Below, piece by piece: positions 9,855 to 19,208 of a stretch of 64,000 bases of DNA. Position 1 is the stretch's first letter, and every line of letters starts with the position of its first letter. Source of the DNA: Candidatus Poribacteria bacterium. Its GTDB lineage: Bacteria; Poribacteria; WGA-4E; WGA-3G. Below the pieces are notes generated by a model. The model made no database searches. It was not told the origin of the DNA and saw nothing but the letters and a program-made list of their open reading frames with translations. A program made the translations under genes and the position numbers. The stretch lies in assembly GCA_965242965.1 (NCBI GenBank), contig OZ251518.1:1632001-1696000 (forward strand). Reading direction: 5' to 3'.

Positions 9855-10060
9855 CTTGCGAGGGATAAGCCCGCGCACGACGAGCTGTCGAGACCGGGAG
9901 GTCTCTCCTACCCGAAGAAATCGAGACCGGGAGGTCTCTCCTACCGGCAGAAATCGAGACCAGGAGGTCTCTCCTACTGTCAAGGACGAACGAAACTCGC
10001 GGGGGACAGGCCCCCGCGCTACGGTAGGGAGAGCTCTCCTACTGTCAAGGACGAACCCTG
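9855..10060. repeat. REP array: three B units (33-bp period) and an A unit flanked by a 23-bp direct repeat
   Basis: cgagacc(g/a)ggaggtctctcctac at 9889, 9922, 9955; ctctcctactgtcaaggacgaac at 9969 and 10034. Confidence 0.85.
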
Positions 10061-10087
10061 TCTGCCTAAGTGGGCGCGCCCTCGCGT

Positions 10088-10417
10088 CTACGGACTGGCC
10101 GGATTTGGCGCGTCCACATTGACGAGGATGTCGTCACCTTCAACTTTGACAGGATAGGTAGGAAGACTCTCCTCACCCGGCCAGACGCACTTTCCTGTCG
10201 TGACATCAAACTCCCACATGTGCAGCGGACACGTGATACAGGCATCGTCAAGGAAGCCGTAACTCAGCACTCCACCGAGATGCGGACAGATGTTGTTCAT
10301 GGCGTAGTATTCGCCTTTCACGTTATAGATACCGATGAAAACGCCTTCAACTTTCACGCCGACGCATTTACCGGGCTGAACCTGCTCGGTTGTCGCGGCT
10401 TTGACAAATTGTGACAT
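10088..10417 (-). CDS. Rieske [2Fe-2S] ferredoxin
   Basis: 'CPHLG...CPLHMWEFD' Rieske motifs. Confidence 0.93.
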   Translation of the reverse strand: MSQFVKAATTEQVQPGKCVGVKVEGVFIGIYNVKGEYYAMNNICPHLGGVLSYGFLDDACITCPLHMWEFDVTTGKCVWPGEESLPTYPVKVEGDDILVNVDAPNPASP

Positions 10418-10517
10418 AGTGTCAAGATTCCTCGTGTTTCTTGCGAAATACAAATTAACGGTTATGTCAACGTCATTCTGCGAGAAAAATGCCGAACAAC
10501 GCATTGCGAAATACAAA

Positions 10518-12113
10518 TTAACGGCCTAGGACTTTGCCTTCGCCGCGCGGATCTGTGCCGGCGTGGTGTTTACCATCACCCCATAAGACGATGCCGTGTC
10601 CGGGGCCGCCGATGCCGTCACTTTCCGTAACTTCGTGCCCCAGTTGTCGCAGTGCCTTGAGCGTCGCTTCGCCAGCACGCGACTCTACTTGAATCGGTTC
10701 TGCGCCATCGGTGTGAATGCGCGGTGCATCTAACGCATGCTGAATTGGCACTTGCAAGTCCATCAAGTTGACGCTGATGTTGAGTTGATTGTTCGGAATA
10801 GTGCGCCCGCCGGGGATGCCGTATGTGGCGAACGGTAGTCCATCGCGCAAAGCGAGAAATGGGCCCATGTTATGAAGCGGCCGTTTGCCAGGGCCGATAG
10901 AATTAGCGAGGCCAGGCCTCGGGTCGAAACGGCCGACACCGTGTCCAAAGAGCAAACCGGTGCCCGGCACCGTCACCATTGAACCGAATCCACCCCCGTG
11001 CGTTTGCGTTAACGACACCATATTTCCTTCCGCGTCCGCTGTGGAGATATGGCTCGTGCAATTCATCGGTTCGTGGTAGATAACTTCTCCGGGCTGCGGC
11101 GATGCGAGTCCCGCCTTCAGTTTTTCGCAAAGTACCGCAGTGAAACTATCCGAGAGTTCTTCGGATATGTTTATCTCAACGAAACTCGGGTCACCGAACC
11201 GGCGGAGGCGTTCAGGCCAGCATACCTTCATCGCCTCGGCGAAGAGATGGAAGCGTTCTGCCACGGACATCGCCGCCATATCATACTCCTCAATCAAGCG
11301 GAGCATCTGCAATGTGGTAAGCCCACCCGCGCCGAGGGGTGCAGTGTAAACAGAGTAGCCGCGATAGAAGATTTCATACGGTGCCGCAATGAAGGGACGA
11401 TAGTTCTTCAGATCTTCTGCAGTGAGACATCCTCCCAACTCTTGAATGTGGTTTGCAATTGTCTCCGCGATTTTCCCTTCATAAAACGCTGGTGCACCGC
11501 CTTCGGCTACAGCCTCCAAGGTCTGGGCAAGTTCCGGATTCGTAAGCGTCTCGCCTTTTTGCGGTGGGCTTCCGTTTTTAAGGAAGACGCGTGCAGTTTC
11601 GGGAAATTCCTGTTTCCACCGTTCCGCATTTCCCGCGATGCCGCCGCGGTTCGCGCTGTTCGGCGCGTAGCCGTAGCGCGCCGAACGGATGGCGGGCCGG
11701 AGGACATCGGCGAGGGACATTGTGCCAAATTCTTCCAAGGCTAAACACAAGCCCGCGACGACACCCGGCACACCGATGGACAGCGGGCCGTGGACGTTCA
11801 CGCGTCCCGGCACCCGATAGCCCGCGGGAACGTCTGCTTCTTCAATGGTAAACATATCCGCTGAAGCCGCGGCTGGCGCGGCGGTGTTGTAATCTATCGC
11901 GATGACATCTTGCGTTTTCTTGCGATAGATGAGCACGCACCCGCCGTAACCCGCGATGCCGTTATGCGAAGGCTCAACGACTCCTTCCGCGAAGGCTGCA
12001 GCGACAGCGGCATCCACTGCATTTCCGCCTGCGAGAAGCATATCAAGTCCTGCTTTCGCGGTGCGCGGGTGCGGACCGGCTACAGTTCCGTAGTCTCTCT
12101 CGTTTGAATTCAT
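10518..12113 (-). CDS. ggt: Gamma-glutamyltransferase family protein
   Basis: 'GGNAVDAAVA', 'VPGVVAG', catalytic 'TSHIS', 'PGKRP', 'GIPGGRTI', 'GTDPRGEG'. Confidence 0.92.
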   Translation of the reverse strand: MNSNERDYGTVAGPHPRTAKAGLDMLLAGGNAVDAAVAAAFAEGVVEPSHNGIAGYGGCVLIYRKKTQDVIAIDYNTAAPAAASADMFTIEEADVPAGYRVPGRVNVHGPLSIGVPGVVAGLCLALEEFGTMSLADVLRPAIRSARYGYAPNSANRGGIAGNAERWKQEFPETARVFLKNGSPPQKGETLTNPELAQTLEAVAEGGAPAFYEGKIAETIANHIQELGGCLTAEDLKNYRPFIAAPYEIFYRGYSVYTAPLGAGGLTTLQMLRLIEEYDMAAMSVAERFHLFAEAMKVCWPERLRRFGDPSFVEINISEELSDSFTAVLCEKLKAGLASPQPGEVIYHEPMNCTSHISTADAEGNMVSLTQTHGGGFGSMVTVPGTGLLFGHGVGRFDPRPGLANSIGPGKRPLHNMGPFLALRDGLPFATYGIPGGRTIPNNQLNISVNLMDLQVPIQHALDAPRIHTDGAEPIQVESRAGEATLKALRQLGHEVTESDGIGGPGHGIVLWGDGKHHAGTDPRGEGKVLGR

Positions 12114-12148
12114 ACTCAAATTCCTTTTACTGAAGGCTAATGCATCAA

Positions 12149-12257
12149 ATGTTAAAGGAATTTCACATAATTGTCAAGAATTTTTTTCGCTGCGCAACTT
12201 GTAGCATTTTTGTCTTTACCATTTTTGCTTGACACACCGTGGAAAATTGTGTATAAT
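12149..12257. promoter_or_regulatory. Divergent sigma70 promoters for ggt (-) and the nusB operon (+)
   Basis: Plus strand TTGACA(12229)-N17-TATAAT(12252), perfect consensus; minus strand TTGACA(12177)-N17-TAACAT(12154). Confidence 0.75.
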
Positions 12258-12312
12258 ATAAGCACTAGGTTAACCCTGAAAATTATTCGCACATTCGCAT
12301 AAAGGATACCTT

Positions 12313-12738
12313 ATGTCGTCTCGGAGAAAATCGCGCATCATCGCGGTGCAGCTGTTATATCAGATTCAGTTGACAGATGCAGAGGCAACAGATGTCATCA
12401 AGTTGTATTGGCAGAACCGTGAAACGTCGGCGGAAATTCGACCTTTCGCGGAGATGCTCGTGCAAAATACCACTGCAAATCTGGCGGCGATTGATTCGGT
12501 GATTCAAGCCACATCCAAAAATTGGAAGCTGCACCGGATGCCTGTCGTCGATCTTTCTATTCTGCGCTGCGCGACGTATGAAATCCTCTATTGTGAGGAT
12601 ATTGACGCGGCAACCTCTATCAACGAAGCCGTTGAGATTGCCAAAATTTATAGCACGCCGGATTCACCGAAGTTTATCAACGGGATTCTGGACAACATCC
12701 GAAAACAGCACGCAAAATCTACAAATGGTTCACCTTAA
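12313..12738 (+). CDS. nusB: Transcription antitermination factor NusB
   Basis: 'RRKSRIIAVQLLYQ', 'NWKLHRMPVVDLSILR', 'INEAVEIAK', 'KFINGILD'. Confidence 0.96.
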   Translation: MSSRRKSRIIAVQLLYQIQLTDAEATDVIKLYWQNRETSAEIRPFAEMLVQNTTANLAAIDSVIQATSKNWKLHRMPVVDLSILRCATYEILYCEDIDAATSINEAVEIAKIYSTPDSPKFINGILDNIRKQHAKSTNGSP

Positions 12739-14566
12739 AAACTTAACTTTTTTCCTACTCTTCCTCATACCGTTGTGCCTGCATGCCGCGCCAACGTTTG
12801 AGTTCGTCGGTGAATTCGGCGGAAAAGGGGAACAGGAAGGGCAATTCGCAAAGAACGTGTTCATGGCGTTCGGCCCCGATGATGCCGTCTATGTCACGGA
12901 TACCGATAACTATCGCATCCAGAAATTTAGCCGCACCGGCACTTTTATCTTTAGCATCCAGATGGAAGATTCGGCGGCGTTTCGGTTCATTAATCCTAAC
13001 GCTATCGCTATCGGCGAGGATAGTGCCATCTACGTCATGGATTGGATGTTGATGCACATCTCGGAGACGGAGAACCCGAAAATCTTCAACTACGGGCCCT
13101 GTATCCACAAATTTGATGCACAAGGCGCGTTTGTCGCCAGTTATCCGCTCCAAGATATGAGCCAGCGGTTAGGGAATTCTACCCCGGGGCTCGCGATTGA
13201 GGCGGTTGTCCCCGGTGTCGATGCCGAGGGCAAGTCCGCGCTCATCATTCCAAACGGCGATACGAAGCGTGCCTTTCTGCTGAGCGTGGATGCCGAAGGA
13301 AATCTCTATGTCTGTGATAACGGCTTGGTTTACAAACTGGATAGGAACGGTAAATCGCTTGCGCGCTATTCCATTGCGCAACCCGGCGCGGGACAAGTGA
13401 TTCAGCCCGCGGATATGACGGTAGACGCGGCCGGAAACCTCTATATTGTTGACGAGAGGGGACATCGCGTTTTGAAATATGCCCCCGATGGCACATTTGC
13501 ACTCGCTTTTGGCGACTCTGGCGATGCAGATGGACAATTCATCGCACCGTTCCGCATCGCGGCGTTGACAGATGGAACGCTCCTCGTCGCAGATAAGGCG
13601 AAGTATCAGAAGGATTTCGTCTCAACACTACCGCAGCGACTCAACGACCCGAGGCGATTCTTGAACGCGGGCAGCGCGACGGGAAGGATACTCCTACCGG
13701 GAGAAGGACGCACCTTCCGCTATCGCCTCCGACGCTTGCAAACGTTCACGACAGCGGGAGACTTCGCCCAGAAATCGCTCGTCCCCTTCCAGCGAGAACG
13801 GGAAGCGGATGCGGCACTGCTGCTAACGGGAATTGACAAAAAAGGGAATCTCTACTATTTTAACCGTGAGGAGTGCACCTTCCGGAAATATGCGCGGCCG
13901 ACGACGCTGAGGTTTCCCGCGATGTTCCAAACCGAGTTAAAATTGCGTTATACCCGTGACTTGCAGGATGTGGAAATAGACAATCAGGATGATCTGGACG
14001 CGGATTTGTATACCAAAGCCGATTTCGATCAACAGATTATCCGCGACGTGGCCGATGCTAGGTTAACTGTGGCTTACGATTTGAACGAAGATATTCGCCT
14101 CGCGCTCTCAAATCGTCTCGCCTACGTTCGGATGAGCGATACCAACTACTATCGTTCACAAGATTTTGAGGATTTCCGCGGCACCTTCAATCAGGATGAC
14201 AGCGCGACCGAGGCATCATGGGATAACCGAATTCAACTTGACTTAATTTGGGTGCGCAATCATAATATCTACCGTTACCGAGAAGCGCGCGCGTTTGCAT
14301 ATTTTAGCGCGATTCGACTTGATTTTCGGAACGCCGCACTTGACAGTCAAAACTTCCGCGTCTTTGACTTCGGCGCGCATCTATCCGATTGGGGCGGCGG
14401 CATCCACTACGACTTAAGCCGAACGTTCCGCTTAAACTTTGAAATTACGCATTTTTTCGGAGAAAATACCTATACCTATCTTGATGAAACGAACGTTCTC
14501 TACGCAACCGGCTTTCAGGAAGCAAATACCACGCGCGCCGTTCTGTTCATCAATGGCATTTTTTAG
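12725..14566 (+). CDS. Secreted NHL-repeat protein with probable C-terminal outer-membrane beta-barrel
   Basis: Signal peptide; NHL motifs 'VYVTDTDNYRIQKF', 'GNLYIVDERGHRVLKY', 'GQFIAP'; amphipathic beta C-terminus ending in Phe. Confidence 0.75.
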   Translation: MVHLKNLTFFLLFLIPLCLHAAPTFEFVGEFGGKGEQEGQFAKNVFMAFGPDDAVYVTDTDNYRIQKFSRTGTFIFSIQMEDSAAFRFINPNAIAIGEDSAIYVMDWMLMHISETENPKIFNYGPCIHKFDAQGAFVASYPLQDMSQRLGNSTPGLAIEAVVPGVDAEGKSALIIPNGDTKRAFLLSVDAEGNLYVCDNGLVYKLDRNGKSLARYSIAQPGAGQVIQPADMTVDAAGNLYIVDERGHRVLKYAPDGTFALAFGDSGDADGQFIAPFRIAALTDGTLLVADKAKYQKDFVSTLPQRLNDPRRFLNAGSATGRILLPGEGRTFRYRLRRLQTFTTAGDFAQKSLVPFQREREADAALLLTGIDKKGNLYYFNREECTFRKYARPTTLRFPAMFQTELKLRYTRDLQDVEIDNQDDLDADLYTKADFDQQIIRDVADARLTVAYDLNEDIRLALSNRLAYVRMSDTNYYRSQDFEDFRGTFNQDDSATEASWDNRIQLDLIWVRNHNIYRYREARAFAYFSAIRLDFRNAALDSQNFRVFDFGAHLSDWGGGIHYDLSRTFRLNFEITHFFGENTYTYLDETNVLYATGFQEANTTRAVLFINGIF

Positions 14567-14581
14567 CGGAGGTTTTGGACG

Positions 14582-16048
14582 ATGCACGCTGCATACGATG
14601 CGGCTTTCATAAACACTTTAAACAAAGGGCGCACGCTCATCCGTGGAGATAACCTTGAGGAGATGCGGAAATGTCCCGATGAGACATTCGACATCATCGC
14701 GACGGATCCGCCGTTCAATTCCAAGCGCGACTATTTCGTGCCGTATCGCGATGAACACGGCAAAGAACCTGATACGCTCGTCAAGGCATTCACCGATACG
14801 TGGACATGGGGGCCGGCGGCGGCGCGCACCTGCGAAGAGCTCATCTGCGATGTGGGCGGCAAAATCGGTGAGGTGATGGAAGGGCTATCGCTGTTTTTGA
14901 AGGATACGCCGATGTTGGCGTATCTGTCGATGATGGCTATCCGGTTGGTAGAGATGCGGCGCATCCTCAAACCCACCGGCTCCATCTATCTCCACTGCGA
15001 TGCAACGGCGAGTCACTACTTGAAACTCATCATGGACGCGGTTTTCGGCCAGACGAATTTCAGAAACGAGATTGTGTGGCATTATCGCAGGTGGACGGCT
15101 GCCTCCAAGCAGTTTCAGAAGATGCACGATGTCATTTTCTGGTATTCAAAAACAGCCCAGTATCTCTTTACGAAACCGTTGCAGGCTTATGCCAACGAGA
15201 AGTATATTGAAGATACGGTTCGCGGTGTCGTTGATGGAAAGGTCGTCCGGTTGAGAGGTGAGGATGGCAACTATATCAAGCGGGAAAGGCAGCGGGAAGG
15301 TGTGTTGATGCACGACGTATGGGAGGACATCAATTTCATTGCGCCGACTGCGAAAGAGCGGGTGGGCTATCCGACGCAGAAGCCGATTGAACTCTATCAG
15401 CGGATTCTCCAAGCCTCTAGCAACGAGGGCGACTTGGTGCTGGATCCTTTCTGCGGGTGCGGCACGACGCTCATCGCCGCCGAGACACTCAACCGCCGCT
15501 GGCTCGGCATTGACTTGACATATCTTGCGACAGGTGCAGTCAAACTCCAAGTGGAGAAATTCTTTCCGCAACTCGCCGACAGCATCGTTCTCACCGGCAC
15601 GCCAGAGAATGCGGACATGGCACTACGGCTGGCGCGCGAGAATCCTCATGGCTTTGAGGCATGGTGTGTGACACATGTCCTGAAATTCAAATCAAACGCG
15701 AAGAAAGGCGCGGATGGTGGCATTGACGGCACCTATCGCTTTCCGATAGGCAAGGTAAAAGGCAGGAATGCCTACGGGAAGATGGTGGCGCAAGTCAAGG
15801 GTGGTAATTTTACGTTGGACCAGGTTCGCGCGTTTCGCACGGCGATGGCAAATACCGGTGCGGAGCTCGGGATATTCGTCGTGACGAAGCCGCCAACGGC
15901 AGGGATGCGGCAGGAGGCCCTCTTAGCCGGGACATGGCAGCATCCGGTGTGGGATATGGAATATCCTCGGCTTCAATTCTATCTGATTCAGGAGCATTTT
16001 GAGGGCCGGCCGCCGCAGATTCCGGTGGGGGAGAGAAAGATTTTGTAA
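14582..16048 (+). CDS. Beta-class amino-DNA methyltransferase with C-terminal Mrr-like restriction endonuclease domain
   Basis: 'ATDPPFNS', 'YPTQKP', 'VLDPFCGCGTT'; C-terminal 'ADGGIDG...AQVKGG'. Confidence 0.88.
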   Translation: MHAAYDAAFINTLNKGRTLIRGDNLEEMRKCPDETFDIIATDPPFNSKRDYFVPYRDEHGKEPDTLVKAFTDTWTWGPAAARTCEELICDVGGKIGEVMEGLSLFLKDTPMLAYLSMMAIRLVEMRRILKPTGSIYLHCDATASHYLKLIMDAVFGQTNFRNEIVWHYRRWTAASKQFQKMHDVIFWYSKTAQYLFTKPLQAYANEKYIEDTVRGVVDGKVVRLRGEDGNYIKRERQREGVLMHDVWEDINFIAPTAKERVGYPTQKPIELYQRILQASSNEGDLVLDPFCGCGTTLIAAETLNRRWLGIDLTYLATGAVKLQVEKFFPQLADSIVLTGTPENADMALRLARENPHGFEAWCVTHVLKFKSNAKKGADGGIDGTYRFPIGKVKGRNAYGKMVAQVKGGNFTLDQVRAFRTAMANTGAELGIFVVTKPPTAGMRQEALLAGTWQHPVWDMEYPRLQFYLIQEHFEGRPPQIPVGERKIL

Positions 16049-16071
16049 GCCGAAAGGGGAGGTTCTGGACG

Positions 16072-16737
16072 ATGCAAACCTATCGCTTTTCAGAATTGAC
16101 TGAAGAGACGCTTCGGACACTCGTAACCCTTGACGAAGAGGACAGTGCTGCCGAAACGTGGGAGGAAATGCAGGCGACACCTTTGACACCCGAAGAGAGC
16201 GTGCGCCTTGAGTATCTCACGTCCGACATGCACTAACGCCACCTGCCACTGATGAACGAAGCGACAGTCTGGACGCGTGCGATTTATCCGATGTTAAGAC
16301 TGGCTGAACAAGGATGGATTCTCGCGTGGGCAGGCGTTCCGTTGAAAGCCACCTATGCCACATTTAGGCTTGAAGGTGAGGCAGATGGCGCGCTTGCTCC
16401 TTCCGTTGGGGGTAGGATTCAACCGCCGTATCTCATTGTGCATGAGGCAAAAAGGGGTGTCGATGCACCCAATCCGCAATTTCAACTCTACGGCGAAATG
16501 CTCGCCGCGGCATGGCTTAATTGGGAAAGAGACGCTCACACCCAACAAGAGATTTTCGGGTGCTACACCATCGCGGACAACTGGACATTTGTTCAAGGTG
16601 GTGTTAGCGAGATTGTGTCTGAGAAACCGGCGTTCGCTGTCCAACTGTCACGGAGATATAACGGCATCTTTGAGGCAGAACGCATCGTGCAGATTCTGAA
16701 GACTATCGTTGCCAAGCAATTGGTGCCTCGCCAATAA
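16072..16737 (+). pseudogene. PD-(D/E)xK-like paralog 1 with in-frame TAA at 16234-16236
   Basis: GGAGG RBS and MQTYRFSELTEETL start shared with the next two genes; 'DMH*RHL' aligns with 'WYERHL' of copy 3. Confidence 0.85.
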
Positions 16738-16754
16738 GTGGGAGGAATTCATCC

Positions 16755-17411
16755 ATGCAAACCTATCGCTTTTCAGAATTAACTGAAGAGACGCTCAGCA
16801 CGCTAGTGTCCCTAAACAAAATCGCCGGCGAATTCGAGGACGAGGCATGGGAGAAAATGCAGATAACCCTCACCGCGGAAGAAGGGAAACGCATTGACGT
16901 TTTTAAGTCGGATTTGAACGCACTTGAGTTAATCGCGATGAACGAGGCGACACTCTGGTCCCGTGTTGTTTATCCGCTTTTAGTCCTTGCGGAACAAGAA
17001 CATATCCGGGCATGGGCGGGCGTTCCCCTCAAAGCCACTTATGCCACCTTTCAACTTGAAGGTGAGGCGGATGGCGCACTCGCTCCGTGCATTTTGGGTA
17101 GGATGCGTCAACCTTATTTTCTTGTGCATGAAACCCAGCCTGGTGTGAATGCGCCGGACCCGCTGTATCACCTTCTCGGCGAGATGCTCGCCGCGGCATG
17201 GCTCAATTGGAAAAAGGATGCCAACCCCGAACCTGAGATTTTCGGGTGTTATACGGTTGCGGCGAGTTGGGCATTCGTTCGCGGAGTTGTCGGCGAGATT
17301 GATTCCGAAAAGCCGACGTTCGCCGTGGAGAAGTCGCGCACGTATGACGGCGTTTCGGATGCGGAACGCATCGTGCAAATCCTCAAGGCTATCGTCGCGA
17401 AGCATTTGTAG
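16755..17411 (+). CDS. PD-(D/E)xK-like paralog 2 (ExK motif altered to ETQ)
   Basis: Paralog of neighbours: 'EGEADGALA...VHETQ...GEMLAAAW...FGCYT'. Confidence 0.8.
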   Translation: MQTYRFSELTEETLSTLVSLNKIAGEFEDEAWEKMQITLTAEEGKRIDVFKSDLNALELIAMNEATLWSRVVYPLLVLAEQEHIRAWAGVPLKATYATFQLEGEADGALAPCILGRMRQPYFLVHETQPGVNAPDPLYHLLGEMLAAAWLNWKKDANPEPEIFGCYTVAASWAFVRGVVGEIDSEKPTFAVEKSRTYDGVSDAERIVQILKAIVAKHL

Positions 17412-17438
17412 CCTGCAACAAACGGGAGGTGCTGAATC

Positions 17439-18104
17439 ATGCAAACCTATCGCTTCTCCGAATTGACTGAAGAGACGCTCAGCACGTTAGTGTCCCTAAA
17501 CAAAATCGCTGGCGTGTCTGAAGACTGGGCGAAGATGCAGGAAGTTGCCTTAACTCCCGCTGAACTCGGACAACTTGACTATCTGAAATCCCTTTGGTAT
17601 GAACGTCACTTGAGCGTCATGAACGAGGCCACGGTTTGGGCGCGTGCCATCTATCCGATGTTGGTGCTCGCCGAACAAGGCCCCATTCAAGCCTGGGCAG
17701 GTGTTCCGCTCAAAGCTACCTATGCCAATTTCCACTTGGAAGGTGAGGCAGATGGCGCGCTTGCACTTGACATCGGTGGCAAGATTCATCCGCCGTATCT
17801 CATTGTGCATGAGGCAAAACGCGGTATCAATGCCCCAGACCCCGAGGTACAACTCCTCGGTGAAATGCTCGCCGCCGCATGGCTCAATTGGAAAAAGGAT
17901 GCCAAACCTGAACAAGAAATCTTCGGATGCTATACTATCGCAGACGGTTGGACTTTCATCCAAGGGATTATCGGTGGAATTGAAACCGAAAAACCGACGT
18001 TCACTGTTGAGTTATCAAAGCGATATAACGGTATTTTTGAAGCCGAACGTATCGTGCAACTCCTGAAAACGCTCGTTGCGAAGCAACACAGAAAACACAA
18101 CTAA
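17439..18104 (+). CDS. PD-(D/E)xK restriction-endonuclease-like protein, paralog 3 (intact)
   Basis: 'EGEADG...IVHEAKRG...QLLGEMLAA...FGCYTIADGWTF' resembles HsdR-N-like D...EAK...Q fold. Confidence 0.75.
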   Translation: MQTYRFSELTEETLSTLVSLNKIAGVSEDWAKMQEVALTPAELGQLDYLKSLWYERHLSVMNEATVWARAIYPMLVLAEQGPIQAWAGVPLKATYANFHLEGEADGALALDIGGKIHPPYLIVHEAKRGINAPDPEVQLLGEMLAAAWLNWKKDAKPEQEIFGCYTIADGWTFIQGIIGGIETEKPTFTVELSKRYNGIFEAERIVQLLKTLVAKQHRKHN

Positions 18105-18123
18105 CCGACAGGAGGCATTGACT

Positions 18124-18972
18124 ATGGCAACTTTCGGAACCGGCGATTACCAATATGAGGTAGTGGAAGGCTGGGGGATGATTCCGCAACTCGGACTCGT
18201 CTCCGGCGTAGCGTGTGACTCAAATGACAGGGTTTACGTCTACAACCGCAGCCCACAACCCGCTATGCTCGTTTTTGAGGCAGACGGCACCCTCGTCGCA
18301 GAATGGGGCAAAGATATTTTCCGGAAACCTCACGGCATCTGGATTAGCCCCGACGATGAAATCTATACCACCGACACGGTAACTCACACCGTCTGCAAGT
18401 TTTCACTTGAGGGGGAACTGCTGCAGACGTTCGGCATCGTCAATCAACCGGGCGCGCCCGGCACACCGTTTAACGAACCGACGCGCGCTGTCCTCTCAAC
18501 ATCCGGTGAGATGTATGTCTCCGATGGTTACGGGCAGTCGCGCGTGCATCGCATGACGGCTGATGGGGAAGTCATCGTTTCGTGGGGCGCGCCGGGCACG
18601 GGGCCCGGTGAATTTAACCTCCCGCACGATGTCACCGTTGATTGCAATGAACGCGTCTATATTCTGGACAGGGGTAACCTCCGATGCCAGATTTTCAACG
18701 CGAACGGCGAATACCTTACGGAATGGCGCGCTCTTCGTTCCCCGAACGATCTGTTTATTGATGCCGATAACGTTATCCACATCGCTGAAGGGGGACAGCG
18801 CATCAGCATCATGACGCTTGATGGCAAAGTCATCGGACGGTGGGGTGAGAAAGGCACCGCCCCAGGGCAATTCAGCGATTCGCCGCACGGCATTTGGATT
18901 GATTCAAAAGGTGACATATACGTCAGCGAAGTTATCGCGGAGAGACGTTTCCAGAAATTCGCGCGTGTTTAG
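18124..18972 (+). CDS. NHL-repeat protein, peptidyl-alpha-hydroxyglycine alpha-amidating lyase-like
   Basis: AGGAGG RBS; 'PHGIWI', 'YVSDGYGQSRVH', 'GEFNLPHDV', 'GQFSDSPHGIWIDSKGDIYVSEV'. Confidence 0.88.
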   Translation: MATFGTGDYQYEVVEGWGMIPQLGLVSGVACDSNDRVYVYNRSPQPAMLVFEADGTLVAEWGKDIFRKPHGIWISPDDEIYTTDTVTHTVCKFSLEGELLQTFGIVNQPGAPGTPFNEPTRAVLSTSGEMYVSDGYGQSRVHRMTADGEVIVSWGAPGTGPGEFNLPHDVTVDCNERVYILDRGNLRCQIFNANGEYLTEWRALRSPNDLFIDADNVIHIAEGGQRISIMTLDGKVIGRWGEKGTAPGQFSDSPHGIWIDSKGDIYVSEVIAERRFQKFARV

Positions 18973-18978
18973 CAGTTC

Positions 18979-19190
18979 GTAGCACGGGGGCTCCTGTCCC
19001 CTGCGATGCCACGTGTGAGGCATCCGTAGCGCGGGGGCCTGTCCCCCGCGATGCCCACGTATTAGCATCCGTAGCGCGGGGGACAGGCCCCCGCGGACCT
19101 TCGCACACATCCGTAGCGCGGGGGCCTGTCTCCCGCGAACCTTCGCACACGTAATAGCCCCGTAGCGCGGGGGCCTGTCCCCCGCGAACC
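18979..19190. repeat. Five tandem module-A GTAG REPs
   Basis: GTAGCGCGGGG(G)..CCCGCG units starting at 18979, 19026, 19071, 19113, 19162. Confidence 0.9.
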
Positions 19191-19208
19191 TCGCAAAGGA
19201 GTAACATT

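Noticed and set aside
9831-9983. N-terminal extension (VGETSRSR)x3 of the epimerase as a third in-frame REP insertion
   Set aside because: An AGGAG RBS precedes MAYLLTGG at 9830; the extension is translated intergenic repeat.
16234-16236. Programmed stop-codon recoding
   Set aside because: The codon is TAA at a Glu position of the paralog and TAA terminates many genes here; a point mutation or sequencing error is simpler.
18979-19190. CRISPR array
   Set aside because: Spacers are short and similar to each other, the same unit is dispersed across the window in both orientations, and there are no cas genes; it fits REPs.
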